This document shows, piece by piece, positions 27,599-38,111 of a stretch of DNA of 64,000 nt; position 1 is the stretch's first letter, and each line of letters begins with the position of its first letter. The notes under the pieces were generated by a model that saw only the letters and a list, made by a program, of their open reading frames with translations, made no database searches and was not told the DNA's origin. A program made the translations under genes and the position numbers. The DNA comes from an uncultured Gammaproteobacteria bacterium (GTDB lineage Bacteria; Patescibacteriota; Patescibacteriia; Magasanikbacterales; GWA2-37-8): positions 477 to 64,476 of the forward strand of contig CAZINT010000002.1 in the NCBI GenBank assembly GCA_964540825.1, given 5' to 3'.

Positions 27599-29071
27599 AT
27601 GCGTCGTAAAAAAGTTATCATCATCGGGGCCGGTTTTGGAGGCCTGTCTGCTGCAGCTCTCTTGGCGTACAAAGGTTTCGATGTTACAGTTTTTGAAAAA
27701 AACGATCAATCGGGCGGTCGGGCCAGTGTGTACCGTGAAAAAGGCTTTACGTTTGACATGGGGCCGTCATGGTACCTCATGCCGGATGTTTTTGAAAAAT
27801 TTTTTGCCGAGTTTGGCAAAAAACCAACTGATTTTTTTGAGTTGAAAAGGCTTGATCCGGCATATCGCATTTATCATGGTAAAAACGAGTATGTAGATGT
27901 GTCGGCTGATCTTGAGAAAAACATGGCGCTTTTTGAGGCTATGGAGCCGGGAAGCGCAAAGCAGCTGACGCGGTACCTGGCGCAGTCAAAGTATCAGTAT
28001 GACGTATCGATGAGTGATTTTTTGTATAAGGATTACACGTCGCTCATGGATTTTTTTAATCGCCGTATGCTTGTGGAAGGCCGGAAACTGCATGTATTTG
28101 AATCGCTTGATACCTATACGCGGCGTTATTTTAAAAGCGATAAACTTCGTAAGATTTTGGAGTATAGTATGGTATTCCTCGGGGGAGCGCCCAAAAACAC
28201 ACCGGCCATTTACTCACTCATGTCGCACATAGACTTTAATCTGGGAGTATGGTATCCAACCGGCGGCATCGGTGCTGTTGTGCAGGCTATAGAAAAAGTA
28301 GCCCGCTCGTATGGTGCGCATTTTGCGTTTAATACCCCCGTAGAAAGAATAATTGTTGAAGACAAGCAAGCTCGCGCAGTGGTCGTCAACGGCCAAACGA
28401 TTGAAGCCGATATTATTATTTCCGGAGCCGATTACAAACATACCGAAAGTACGCTTTTGACTAAAGAAAATCAGACGTATTCAAAAAAATATTGGGATAA
28501 GCGAACGCTCGCGCCGTCAGCATTCATGCTGTATCTCGGCTATGACCGAAAAATCGCCGGGCTCGAACACCATACGTTATTTTTTGACAATGACTGGGTG
28601 CGTCATTTTGATGCTATTTTTGAGCATCCGGAGTGGCCGGAACATCCGTCGTATTACGTTTCGTGTGCATCTAAAACTGATCCCACGATTGTCCCTCCTG
28701 GTGGGGAGGCGCTCGTAATCTTGGTTCCCATTGCTGCGGGGCTTGAAGATACCGATGAAATCCGGGAAAAATATACTGAAAAAGTATTAGTTCATTTGGA
28801 ATCGCTTTTGGGGCAAAATCTGCACGATACTGTTGTTAAAAAAGTTTTTAGCCAGCGCGATTTTGCCAGCATGTTTAATGCGTATAAGGGTACGGCGCTC
28901 GGCCTCAGTCATACGCTTATGCAGACAGCGGTTTTTCGCCCGCGCCACCAGAGTAAAAAAGTTTCGAACCTCTATTATACAGGGCAGTACACTCACCCGG
29001 GGATCGGCATGCCAATGTGTTTGATCTCTTCCGAGCTTGTCGCGGGAGCTATTGAAAAAAAATATGGTTGA
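27599..29071 (+). CDS. crtI: phytoene desaturase (CrtI family FAD-dependent desaturase)
   Basis: N-terminal GAGFGGL FAD motif and the …GPSWYLMPDVFEKFF… CrtI signature. 492 aa. Confidence 0.8.
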   Translation: MRRKKVIIIGAGFGGLSAAALLAYKGFDVTVFEKNDQSGGRASVYREKGFTFDMGPSWYLMPDVFEKFFAEFGKKPTDFFELKRLDPAYRIYHGKNEYVDVSADLEKNMALFEAMEPGSAKQLTRYLAQSKYQYDVSMSDFLYKDYTSLMDFFNRRMLVEGRKLHVFESLDTYTRRYFKSDKLRKILEYSMVFLGGAPKNTPAIYSLMSHIDFNLGVWYPTGGIGAVVQAIEKVARSYGAHFAFNTPVERIIVEDKQARAVVVNGQTIEADIIISGADYKHTESTLLTKENQTYSKKYWDKRTLAPSAFMLYLGYDRKIAGLEHHTLFFDNDWVRHFDAIFEHPEWPEHPSYYVSCASKTDPTIVPPGGEALVILVPIAAGLEDTDEIREKYTEKVLVHLESLLGQNLHDTVVKKVFSQRDFASMFNAYKGTALGLSHTLMQTAVFRPRHQSKKVSNLYYTGQYTHPGIGMPMCLISSELVAGAIEKKYG

Positions 29072-29882
29072 CCAGACAATTTATCAAACCTTTAAAAAGG
29101 GGAGTAAAACATTTTTTACCAGTAGTTTGTTTTTTCCTCGCGCTGTTCGCGAAGATGTTTTTATTTTCTATGCCTTTGCCCGGGTGGCAGATGATTTGGT
29201 TGATAGCGTACCGGCCAAGTTAAGCGATTTTGCCTTGTTTAAAAAACAATATACCGCTGCCCTAGCAGGAACTATGTCTGGTAACACAATTATCGATTCT
29301 TTTGTTGACCTCATGAGTCGCCGGTCGATTCCCCGAGAATGGATAGATTCATTTTTGCGGGCAATGACGAGCGACACGGAAAAGAAAACGTACGTGACAT
29401 TGGCTGAGCTTGAAGCGTATATTTACGGCTCAGCCGAAGTTATTGGTTTGGTTATGGCCCGACTTATGAACTTGCCGCCCGAGTCGCATACTACTGCCCA
29501 GCTTCTTGGCAAAGGCTTCCAGTATATTAATTTTATTCGCGATATTGCCGAAGATATTCAGCTCGGCCGCCAGTATTTGCCGCTCGAAGTGCTTCGTCCG
29601 TTTGGTTTTGAGTTGTTGACTGAACAGACGGCTCACTGCCGAGCACCTGACTTTATAGCCTTAATTAAGCATGAATTGGCACGCTACCGCGCCTGGCAAT
29701 CAGCTGGTGAAGCGGGCTTTTCCTTTATACCGAAGCGTTCACTTTTACCTATCAAAACCGCTGCTGATATGTACCGCTTTACTGCCAACGTAATTGAAAG
29801 CGATCCGTTCGTTATTTTCAGAAAAAAAGTAAAGCCAACCAAGTCAAAAATTATCTGGCAGTTATTCCTTAATCTCTTATGA
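29064..29882 (+). CDS. crtB: phytoene synthase (squalene/phytoene synthase family)
   Basis: The ATG overlaps the crtI stop (ATGGTTGA). YAFARVADDLVD and second Asp-rich motifs. Confidence 0.8.
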   Translation: MVDQTIYQTFKKGSKTFFTSSLFFPRAVREDVFIFYAFARVADDLVDSVPAKLSDFALFKKQYTAALAGTMSGNTIIDSFVDLMSRRSIPREWIDSFLRAMTSDTEKKTYVTLAELEAYIYGSAEVIGLVMARLMNLPPESHTTAQLLGKGFQYINFIRDIAEDIQLGRQYLPLEVLRPFGFELLTEQTAHCRAPDFIALIKHELARYRAWQSAGEAGFSFIPKRSLLPIKTAADMYRFTANVIESDPFVIFRKKVKPTKSKIIWQLFLNLL

Positions 29883-30940
29883 ATTCCTTGTATACCGAAG
29901 CCTCCAATCAGCTCCGCCCGTTTTTAAAAGATTTTTTTGCAGAGCAAATAAAAACATATCGTCCGGTAAACACCTGGTCTAAAGATGCATTGAAACGACT
30001 TTATGCCTCGGTTATAAAAGGTAAAATGGTGCGCGGCGGTATGGTATTTCTCGCGTATGCTCTGGCTCAAAAAAAGTCGGACGAAACCTGTCTGCGTCTG
30101 GCAGCGGCGATTGAAATTGTCCATACAGCGCTTATCGTTCACGACGATATTATGGATCTTGACGGGCTCCGGCGCGGAGATGTTACCCTATATAAACAGT
30201 ATGAAGCGCTCGTAAGAAAACAAGACGGCCACAATCCAGAGCATGTTGGAGAGTCGCTAGGTATTTGCGCTGGTGACATAGCTATTTTTTTGAGTTTTTA
30301 TTTATTGTCTTCTTTGCCGCAAACTGCAAATGGCACGCTCAGGCAGCTTATCAGTATTTTTGCGCAGGAGATCACCCGGGTTGGTTTCGCTCAAATGCAG
30401 GATGTCTATTCCGGCGCGCTTACTGCACTGCTTTCGGCTAAGGATATTTTGCGCCTGTATTGTTATAAAACGGCGCGGTACACGTTTTCATTGCCGCTCA
30501 TGCTAGGGAGCTTGGCGGCCGGCCAAACGGCGGCAAATGTACCATTGCTTGAAAAGTTTGGAGAACATTTGGGAATTATTTTTCAAATCAAAGATGATGA
30601 GCTCGGCATGTTTGGCGATGAGCAAAGGATTGGTAAGCCGGTCGGTTCGGATATCCGGGAAGGCAAAAAGACTTTATATTATTATTTTCTGTTTGCCCGG
30701 GCGACGAATACGGAGCGTGCTCGGCTCAAGCGTATTTTTGGCAATAGTTCGGTTGGTGAAAGAGAAATAGCCGTTGTCCGCACCATGATTGAACGCTACG
30801 AAATTGAAAAAAAGATACACACCATCTTATCTCGTGAAATCCGGGCGGTGCGAAAAATAGTGGACGCCTACCGCGGACCTAAGGCCGAGAAACAAATGCT
30901 TAACGAACTTTTGGAGTATAATCTTAACCGATCGAAATGA
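29879..30940 (+). CDS. polyprenyl (geranylgeranyl) diphosphate synthase
   Basis: FARM motif IVHDDIMD and SARM motif FQIKDDELG. 4-nt overlaps with both neighbours. Confidence 0.8.
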   Translation: MNSLYTEASNQLRPFLKDFFAEQIKTYRPVNTWSKDALKRLYASVIKGKMVRGGMVFLAYALAQKKSDETCLRLAAAIEIVHTALIVHDDIMDLDGLRRGDVTLYKQYEALVRKQDGHNPEHVGESLGICAGDIAIFLSFYLLSSLPQTANGTLRQLISIFAQEITRVGFAQMQDVYSGALTALLSAKDILRLYCYKTARYTFSLPLMLGSLAAGQTAANVPLLEKFGEHLGIIFQIKDDELGMFGDEQRIGKPVGSDIREGKKTLYYYFLFARATNTERARLKRIFGNSSVGEREIAVVRTMIERYEIEKKIHTILSREIRAVRKIVDAYRGPKAEKQMLNELLEYNLNRSK

Positions 30941-31764
30941 AAGAGCTTTTAGTTGTACTGTACCACACCTCACGGCCGCGTTTCTGGCTGTACCTGGCGG
31001 GCACCTATGTCGTTGGCTACGCTGCCGGGGGAGTAGGACTGCATATTTTTGCGGAAGGGCGTTTTTGGTTTTTTTTGTGTTTTTTTGCTCTACCGGCCAA
31101 TATTTTTTTGTACGGTATTAATGATTACGCTGATGCTGATACCGATCAGTTTAACAGTAAAAAAGGGAGTGAGGAGCGTTTGCTTAAAACAGCGGAACGA
31201 AAAAAACTGCGGGCCGTTTTATGGGGTATTGCCCTCGTAACTTTAGCGATCGCCATGGTGAGTCGGTCGGGTATGCTGGTTGTTTTTTTGCTGCTAGCTT
31301 TTTTTTACAGTGCGCCACCGCTTCGCTTCAAAGCGCATCCGTTCATTGATTTTGCATCCAACATCTTATACGGACTGCCTGGGTTTATCGGTTATTTTCA
31401 AGCCAGCGGGCACTTTCCGGCCTGGCCGATCGCCGTAGCGGTATTTTTTTGGACGAGTGCGATGCATCTTTTTTCGGCTATTCCGGATATTGAGAGTGAC
31501 GCGAAAGCCGGGCTTACGACCAGTGCTATTTTTTTCGGTCAAAAAAAGTCGCTCTTTATATGTTCTGCTTTTTGGGCGCTGAGCAGTATGATTGCGGCAG
31601 TTACACTGCCTGCCTATTGGGTGGCGGTACTAGGTCTCTTGTATCCGCTCGTACCGCTTTTTTTGGTCAGTCGCCCGATGTTAATCAAGCGTGTGTATTG
31701 GTATTTTCCTTTGTATAATGCAATTGTTGGTTTTGGATTGTTTCTCGCGGCAATTTGGCGTTAA
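30937..31764 (+). CDS. UbiA-family prenyltransferase (lycopene elongase-like, 8 TM)
   Basis: NDYADADTD Asp-rich motif. Multiple TM helices. Last gene of the crt-type operon. Confidence 0.7.
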   Translation: MKELLVVLYHTSRPRFWLYLAGTYVVGYAAGGVGLHIFAEGRFWFFLCFFALPANIFLYGINDYADADTDQFNSKKGSEERLLKTAERKKLRAVLWGIALVTLAIAMVSRSGMLVVFLLLAFFYSAPPLRFKAHPFIDFASNILYGLPGFIGYFQASGHFPAWPIAVAVFFWTSAMHLFSAIPDIESDAKAGLTTSAIFFGQKKSLFICSAFWALSSMIAAVTLPAYWVAVLGLLYPLVPLFLVSRPMLIKRVYWYFPLYNAIVGFGLFLAAIWR

Positions 31765-31771
31765 ATTCTTT

Positions 31772-32209
31772 TTACGCAATGTGCTTGGGTTCAAAGCTCA
31801 CCATCCACTCAATTCCATACTTGTCTCTAAAAGAGCCAAAGTATGAACCCATAAGTGGATTTTCATCCATAGGAAATTCTACCTCTCCTCCTACAGAAAG
31901 TCCGTTGAATAATTTGTCTGCCTCTTCTTTGCTTTCTGCGTTTATTGTAATTTTACTTCTGTTTTCGCGCTCGTTTGTTTTTCCCATAAATTTTGGAACA
32001 TCATTAGCCGTCAGCACCGTATGCTTTCCAATAGGCAAAGCAATATTCATTATTTTATTTTCTTCATCCTCCGGTATGGGGAACCCAGGGTTTTTAAGGT
32101 CTTTAAAGCGAACAATTTTTGTCAGCTCTCCGCCAAAAACTGATTTGTAAAAAGTGAATGCTTCTTCGGCATTTCCGTTGAAGTTAATGTGGGGGTTGAT
32201 GGACGCCAT
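31772..32209 (-). CDS. VOC/glyoxalase-family protein (PhnB-like)
   Basis: PhnB-like pattern (FNGNAEEAFTFYKSVFGGE…). Confidence 0.65.
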   Translation of the reverse strand: MASINPHINFNGNAEEAFTFYKSVFGGELTKIVRFKDLKNPGFPIPEDEENKIMNIALPIGKHTVLTANDVPKFMGKTNERENRSKITINAESKEEADKLFNGLSVGGEVEFPMDENPLMGSYFGSFRDKYGIEWMVSFEPKHIA

Positions 32210-32433
32210 ATTTTAAAGAGTAATTTAAATATGCGAAACTATAGCATGTAGACAGCTCTCTTGCCTAGAGCACCTAAACTACTGCTTAGGCAAGCCGTAT
32301 TTTTTTACGCTCCAGTTCTTAAATGATGTTAAAACTTATTTTGCCCCAAAATATTGATGCTGCATTGACGATAATCAAAATATTAAGTATAATTGCTGCT
32401 GCTTTGTCATTGTTTTTATTGTGTATCAAATAT

Positions 32434-34195
32434 GCGACAAATAAGTATGCGACTAGCTGGAGTTATTGGGGCACTTGCGGTAACTGCCGGTTTGAGTCGT
32501 TTTGCACCCCAAGCCTTCACTTTTTTTGAACATAATAAAGAACACGAACTGTTGTTTATTTTTTTTCAAGTAGCGGTTTTGTTCGTTTTAAGCTTTGTAG
32601 TTTTCTACATCTCGAACGTTACCAAGCTCCCATCATTTGTGGTGGCTATTTTTTTTGGTATTGCCGGACATGGAATTTTGAAGCCGGTTATTGAAGACGA
32701 AGCAATTTTAAATTCCCTCGTCGGTTTTGGAGCGACACTTATCTTATTTGGCGGCGGACTCGAAACGCCTTTTACGAATTTTAAAAAATTAATCGGTAAA
32801 ATTTTAGCTTTATCGTTTGTTGGCCTGCTTTTTACGGCTATAACTTTTTCCGGAACTGTTGTAGCACTGAGCAACCTCTTCGGTGCATCGGTTTCAATTA
32901 TGGTTGCGGTGCTTTTAGGAGCCGTGCTTGCGTCTACGGACCCGGCTGCCATCATTCCGATTTTAAAGCGCCTTCGCTTCTATAATCGTTCTACCAAAGA
33001 TATTGTTGTATCTGAAAGTGCGGTTACTGATGTTACCGGCACGCTGCTTACGGTTGCGTTTCTTGGGGTTATTATTGCCGGAAAGAATTTTGATTCCTTG
33101 AACGGGTGGTATGCAAGCATCCTTACTCCGGAAAGCGGGCTTATTTTGCTGAAGCAGGTTGTTTTCGGAATTATTTTCGGAGGGATCGGCTATGTATTTT
33201 TGGAAATATTGCAACGTTTCAAAAAAACTCACACCAGAGAATTTGAAGCTGATTCGGCTTTTTTCCTTTTTATTCCCGTCGTCATTTTTACTATCGCCCT
33301 GGCCTTTGGCGGTAGCGGTTATTTAGCGGCGTTTATTGCCGGTCTCTTGTTTAATTTGACTGAGCATTTGCATGAGACTGAGCGGTTTTTCAACCATATT
33401 ATTGACGGCTTCTTTAAACCGACCATCTTTATATTGCTCGGCGCCCTGGTTGACCCTGCACAACTTATTGAATTTGCAGGTATCGGCATACTGGCGGCCA
33501 TAGTCTTTATGGTAGTCATTCGTCCGGCCGGAGTATTTCTATCGCTGTTCCCTTCGCTTATATTTGGTAAAGAAAAGTTAACTGTACGCGACATGCTGTT
33601 TATTTCCTGCGTACGTGAAACCGGAGCAATTCCGGCGGTGCTTATGATTACGATCGCAAGTGCCGGTATTGGCGATATCCGCGGTCTTGCTCCAATTGGT
33701 ATGTGGGTTATTCTTCTGACACTTATTATCGAGCCGATTTTGACGCCGCTTATTGCTAAAAAATTGAAAGTCGCCGAAGAAATAGAAGATACCGTGAAAA
33801 CAGACATTGGACCAAGCCCCATCGTCGTCCTTGGAACACGCGGCCGATCGTTCGTCAGTCGACTTCCCATGGTGACCGAATGGTCAAAGCGCCACGGCAT
33901 TGAACGGCTGATGGTAATGCTTTGCCTCGAAGACAACTACAGCGCTGAACTTGCTGAAACAATTAATCAAGAAGCCCAAATAGAATTCGCTAAAATTAAT
34001 CGTGACCTGAAAGACAGGGGAGAGGGCGAAATAGATTTTGTGTTTACAGCTCGAACTGGTTTTTTGCAGCAAAATATTAATGAATTAGCGCTCAGCGATA
34101 CTAACATTACGGCAATTTTTGTCGGACGCAAAATGCTTGATTTCCGCTTGAACGAAATTAAGCAGCTGCATGTGCCGCTCTATTTTATGGAATAG
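32434..34195 (+). CDS. monovalent cation:proton antiporter (CPA family Na+/H+ exchanger) with a C-terminal cytoplasmic domain
   Basis: About 11 TM helices of Na_H_Exchanger type followed by a ~180-aa soluble C-terminal domain. The terminator at 34213-34250 follows. Confidence 0.7.
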
Positions 34196-34212
34196 AAAGA
34201 TTTTAAACAAAT

Positions 34213-34250
34213 TAAAAGCCCTCTACACAGCATGCAGAGGGCTTTTAATT
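34213..34250 (+). terminator. rho-independent terminator (aaagccctct-…-agagggcttt)
   Basis: 10-bp inverted repeat followed by a T-rich tract. Confidence 0.5.
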
Positions 34251-34363
34251 TGTTTTGCCCCAAGGTCTGCCGCTGTGTCGAAGTAGTTCGAGACAAGGGC
34301 AGGTGACCTTGGGGAGTGAATATGAGAAGGCCAGCCTGAATTTTTGTTGGTAGAAATCCTGTT

Positions 34364-35815
34364 CTATTTTGCGCTACTGCTGGAGAGGCCGTAGTGCTTC
34401 TCGAGCCTCGGTGCAACGATTCGCAGCATGATGTAGCGAATCACGAGTATGGCCAGGATAGCACTCCACCATTTCCAGTAGTACAGAAGGACCACAGGGT
34501 ATCCGATAACCAGAGATAGACTCACATGCCAACCTTCCTTCAGCCAACGAGCCATGTTCCCTGCCTGAGGAAAGTAGTCTTCATTCGTCAAGGCAACACC
34601 GGCCGAAGTGCCGATGGGGGTCAGCGATCCGCCAACATTCACCGGGAAGAAGAAACGACCCCAGACGTACTGTGCCCCAGCCTTTGCCTGGATAATGGCT
34701 ACGGCTGTTAGGGGAATATTGTCGAACACTGCCGAAATCAATCCGGCGATGAAGTCGCTGTACCAGGTTGGTTCCGGTAGCCCGGTGAGGGGAACCATGT
34801 TGGCAGACGCGATGAGGCCGATAAGAAAGAGGGCTCCCTTCCCGGCATCAAGAAAGCCTGATTTCCAGTGGGTCTTGCGGAAGAATGAGCCGAAGATCAG
34901 GCCGATCATCACCATCCCGCCCATCCAGGGGTAACTCTCAGCGAGTTCCCGATGCCTGAACATAATATAGAAGTTGAGGGCGACGGCGCTCCCGAGCACA
35001 ACACCGAAGATGATGAGGTGGCCCCCGTTGATTCCTACTTTGAGAGTGGAATCTTTCTGGATGGGGTGGTGTGCTTGCTGCTGGATCGATGAGATCACCC
35101 CTGAGATGTAGATTACTGCACAGCCACCGAAGTAGGCCGGCAGGAATTTGTACCAAGCCATACCAGCAAGGTACGCCATTAAGTCCGGGGTGTCGCCGAT
35201 AAAACTGCCAGCCCCTCCTGCGTTCGACATGACCACGACGCTTGTGATGAAGCTTATGCTTACACGACCGGCGTAGACGCCTTTGGCCGTCTTGCCCATC
35301 ACAATAGCGGTAATTATGTTGTCGAGGATTCCTGACAGCGCAAAGCCGTACTTCTGCAGTTGGAATCCTCCTCGCCAGTCATCCTTAAGATAGCGGGGCA
35401 CGATCCGAGGAAGGTGGCTATCACTGAAATGACCACCCAGGATGTCGAAGCCGATCAGGAGGAGTCCCAGGTTTACCAATTCGGGGCCTTTGTGCCCCAA
35501 AAAGTGGTAGACACCCTCCTTTCCGCTATGGACAATCGCACCATGTCCTACTGCAGGGAAAAAAGTTACACAGATCATCGCCGCCAAGCCGCCCATCGAC
35601 CACCAGAACTTCTCATGATGGTGAAGTGCGACTCCTGTTAGTGTCGCGACAAAAACCAGGTACTGAGCCGGCAGTCGGAGTGTGAGGATTACTCCTATCT
35701 CAATTAGGAAGAGTAGGCCGATATTTCTTTTTGCCCAGCGCAACAAAGAAATACCGCACCGGCACAGTAGGCGTAGAACACTTTTATAGTTGCTTCTTTT
35801 CAACTTTTCCTCCAT
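34364..35815 (-). CDS. ArsB/NhaD-family permease (putative Na+/H+ antiporter NhaD or anion permease), GC-rich (~55%)
   Basis: About 12 TM helices. Conserved GD(T)P-containing segment. GC is clearly above the flanks. Confidence 0.6.
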   Translation of the reverse strand: MEEKLKRSNYKSVLRLLCRCGISLLRWAKRNIGLLFLIEIGVILTLRLPAQYLVFVATLTGVALHHHEKFWWSMGGLAAMICVTFFPAVGHGAIVHSGKEGVYHFLGHKGPELVNLGLLLIGFDILGGHFSDSHLPRIVPRYLKDDWRGGFQLQKYGFALSGILDNIITAIVMGKTAKGVYAGRVSISFITSVVVMSNAGGAGSFIGDTPDLMAYLAGMAWYKFLPAYFGGCAVIYISGVISSIQQQAHHPIQKDSTLKVGINGGHLIIFGVVLGSAVALNFYIMFRHRELAESYPWMGGMVMIGLIFGSFFRKTHWKSGFLDAGKGALFLIGLIASANMVPLTGLPEPTWYSDFIAGLISAVFDNIPLTAVAIIQAKAGAQYVWGRFFFPVNVGGSLTPIGTSAGVALTNEDYFPQAGNMARWLKEGWHVSLSLVIGYPVVLLYYWKWWSAILAILVIRYIMLRIVAPRLEKHYGLSSSSAK

Positions 35816-36072
35816 TACTTTTTTGAATCCAGGCCGAAATAAATACTAACAAAATACTTATCTCGACCTGTATTTACACCTTCTCAAATTATCAAAGAAC
35901 GTTGATCCTATTTTCTGTATCGTGCATATAAAATAAGCTTAAAATAACATATTTTAATAAAAAGTCAAGCATATTTGCTGGTGTGCGTAAAAAAAGAAAG
36001 GGTTATCAGCCCGCCCCCTTCTTGCATGAGATTCCCAAACATTTTAATTCTGCATCATAATCGGGTAAAACT

Positions 36073-36273
36073 TTATGCCGCTTCAAATCGTGCCTTGTTA
36101 TCTTCCATCCATTTTTGCATTCCGGCCATTTTTTCTTGGTCTGAAGCGTTTGATGCCTGTTTCATAAAGTCTTGGTGGGCTTCAGCATAGTGAGATTTCA
36201 TAGCATTCATCCATTCTCCAAAAGTTTCACCTTGTGCTGTTACTTCGCACAAATCACAGCTAACTGTTTTCAT
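36073..36273 (-). CDS. DUF1059-like small protein
   Basis: MKTVSCDLCEVTAQGETFGEW… matches the DUF1059 pattern. Confidence 0.45.
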   Translation of the reverse strand: MKTVSCDLCEVTAQGETFGEWMNAMKSHYAEAHQDFMKQASNASDQEKMAGMQKWMEDNKARFEAA

Positions 36274-36341
36274 ACATTTTTATTAATTTAATACTATTTG
36301 AAATATAGCATACAAGAATAATTATGCCTATCTATAGCGTA

Positions 36342-36409
36342 TCGGTTCGAAGTCTCGTGGCCGGTAAAAATATAAATGGCTTAGAAAAGCCGTTTTTATG
36401 CTGGCTCCG
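36342..36409. repeat. ~68-bp intergenic element (copy 1) containing a terminator-like palindrome aatggctt…aagccgttttt
   Basis: About 80% identical to 38112-38179. Begins with cggttcgaag. Confidence 0.55.
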
Positions 36410-36491
36410 GGGAAGATACTCTAACTCGCAATAAATTTGGCTAAGATTGTCGAAAATAATTTTTGATCTTCGGCAGCGATGTGGCTGGAAT

Positions 36492-37091
36492 TTAAAATTC
36501 AATCCGGCTGCTTCTGTTAAGCATGTCCTCTTTAATTCGATCTAGCTCTCCATAGACAGGGGTGTCCGTCAAGTCAGTTCTTATTAGGGTTTTCTTATTT
36601 AATTCTCCATTAGTATTTAGGCGTTCGGTTCCACGTTCCACGCAAATATTTAACATTTCTCCGTAGGCCTCGGTAAATACATCCTTATCAAAATAAAAGC
36701 CTCTTGCCTCAGCTATCTCTTTGGCTGTATTAAAAACGTTATCATCAAATACCACATCATGATTTCCGCTCAGAACGACAAGGCGGCGACCTAATATGTT
36801 TTTTAATTCCCTTAATACTGAAATATACCTTTTTCCTTCTTTAGCGTCCTCAATCAATTGCGGTTGTTCGGTGTGAGCAAAAGCAAACATCAATTCATTG
36901 GGGTTTAATTTTTTAGCTTTTTCTAAATACTTGTCTAACAATGTTTCGTATTCCGCCATGCGTGCTTTATACGGGTTTCGAGTCGGGTCGTTTTCTGGCA
37001 TCAGTGGAACCTCCCGACTTAAAAATCCAGGGTGTATTAGAAAATGTATCTTTTGAATATTTGGCTTACTTTGTAAATTAATATTGCTCAT
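36492..37091 (-). CDS. hypothetical protein (199 aa) with a GNHD metallophosphoesterase-like motif
   Basis: Low-GC island gene. LVVLSGNHDVVFDD motif. Otherwise unrecognised. Confidence 0.45.
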   Translation of the reverse strand: MSNINLQSKPNIQKIHFLIHPGFLSREVPLMPENDPTRNPYKARMAEYETLLDKYLEKAKKLNPNELMFAFAHTEQPQLIEDAKEGKRYISVLRELKNILGRRLVVLSGNHDVVFDDNVFNTAKEIAEARGFYFDKDVFTEAYGEMLNICVERGTERLNTNGELNKKTLIRTDLTDTPVYGELDRIKEDMLNRSSRIEF

Positions 37092-37340
37092 ATTGAAATT
37101 TTCAAATGTTTTTACTAGGAATGGGATTCGAACCGGAAGATTTGCCTAGTTTATCAAGTTTTTTAGTCCTTGTCATTTTTGGATGGGGATGGCAATAGAA
37201 AAGTCGCTTTTTACCATCCCCGTCGCTCTTGGCTAAGTTAAAACAAAAATCCGACCTGACGGGGGTCGGTCGGATTCACAAGATAAAATGGCTCTGGTTG
37301 GTAGATGAAGTTAGAACTTGTTTATAAAAGAGTGCAATGA

Positions 37341-38072
37341 TTAGATGGTTTCATTTCGATTAATAATATATGTTTTACGTTCACAGCTAAGCTGGTTAGT
37401 CGAAATCACTATTACACTTACTCTGACATCTTCTTCGTCGTTTTTAGGTTCAAAGGCCGCGTATATGTAAGTTGCTATTTTTTTGCAATCGCCTGAAGGC
37501 AATTTTAGCGGAATAGGCTTTCCAACAAAAGAAGGTGTAGGGCGAACATTGGGGCCATCATAGGTAGAAATGAATAGTGCATTTTCTTGGACTGTATCTA
37601 AAGCATAGCAATCTCTAACCGGTTCCTGGTAATCATTGCTGCGAATAATGTGTAAAGCACAGGTCCAATTTCCATTCTTTTCCAAAATGCAGCCCGTTAT
37701 GCGCGGAGTATTATATTTATCAATTTCGAATGTTTCATCTTTTAAATCTTCATTAAGTTGTTCCTCGGCATTATTTTTAGTCAATGAATGTACTCTATCG
37801 GTTTGTCTTCCATTGCCGATAATCAATCCAGTTTCGAAAAAATGAACAGCACTATAATCGAGTAAACTTAGATCACCTTGAGCCATTATTTCCGCGTCTG
37901 TAGCTTCAACAATAATAGATTTTTTATCTTCACTAAAAACATACCGCTTAGCTCGACTAGAAATATTTCTAGCGGTAACACCATACACGGCAATAATTTC
38001 TTCGTTTCTTTTTCCCAGAATAAGAAAACGACCGGGATAGGGCTTGTTTTTTGCTATTTCTTTAATTTCCAT
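37341..38072 (-). CDS. IMP cyclohydrolase PurO-like (archaeal-type, NTN-hydrolase fold) protein, tentative
   Basis: YPGRFLILGK…VYGVTARNISSRAKR…DKYNTPRI…LFISTY blocks resemble PurO (YLGRI…NTPRI…ISTY). This is based on remembered family features only. Confidence 0.4.
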   Translation of the reverse strand: MEIKEIAKNKPYPGRFLILGKRNEEIIAVYGVTARNISSRAKRYVFSEDKKSIIVEATDAEIMAQGDLSLLDYSAVHFFETGLIIGNGRQTDRVHSLTKNNAEEQLNEDLKDETFEIDKYNTPRITGCILEKNGNWTCALHIIRSNDYQEPVRDCYALDTVQENALFISTYDGPNVRPTPSFVGKPIPLKLPSGDCKKIATYIYAAFEPKNDEEDVRVSVIVISTNQLSCERKTYIINRNETI

Positions 38073-38111
38073 ATCTGTTTACTTAGTGATAATTTTTTAG
38101 ATAGTAGCATG

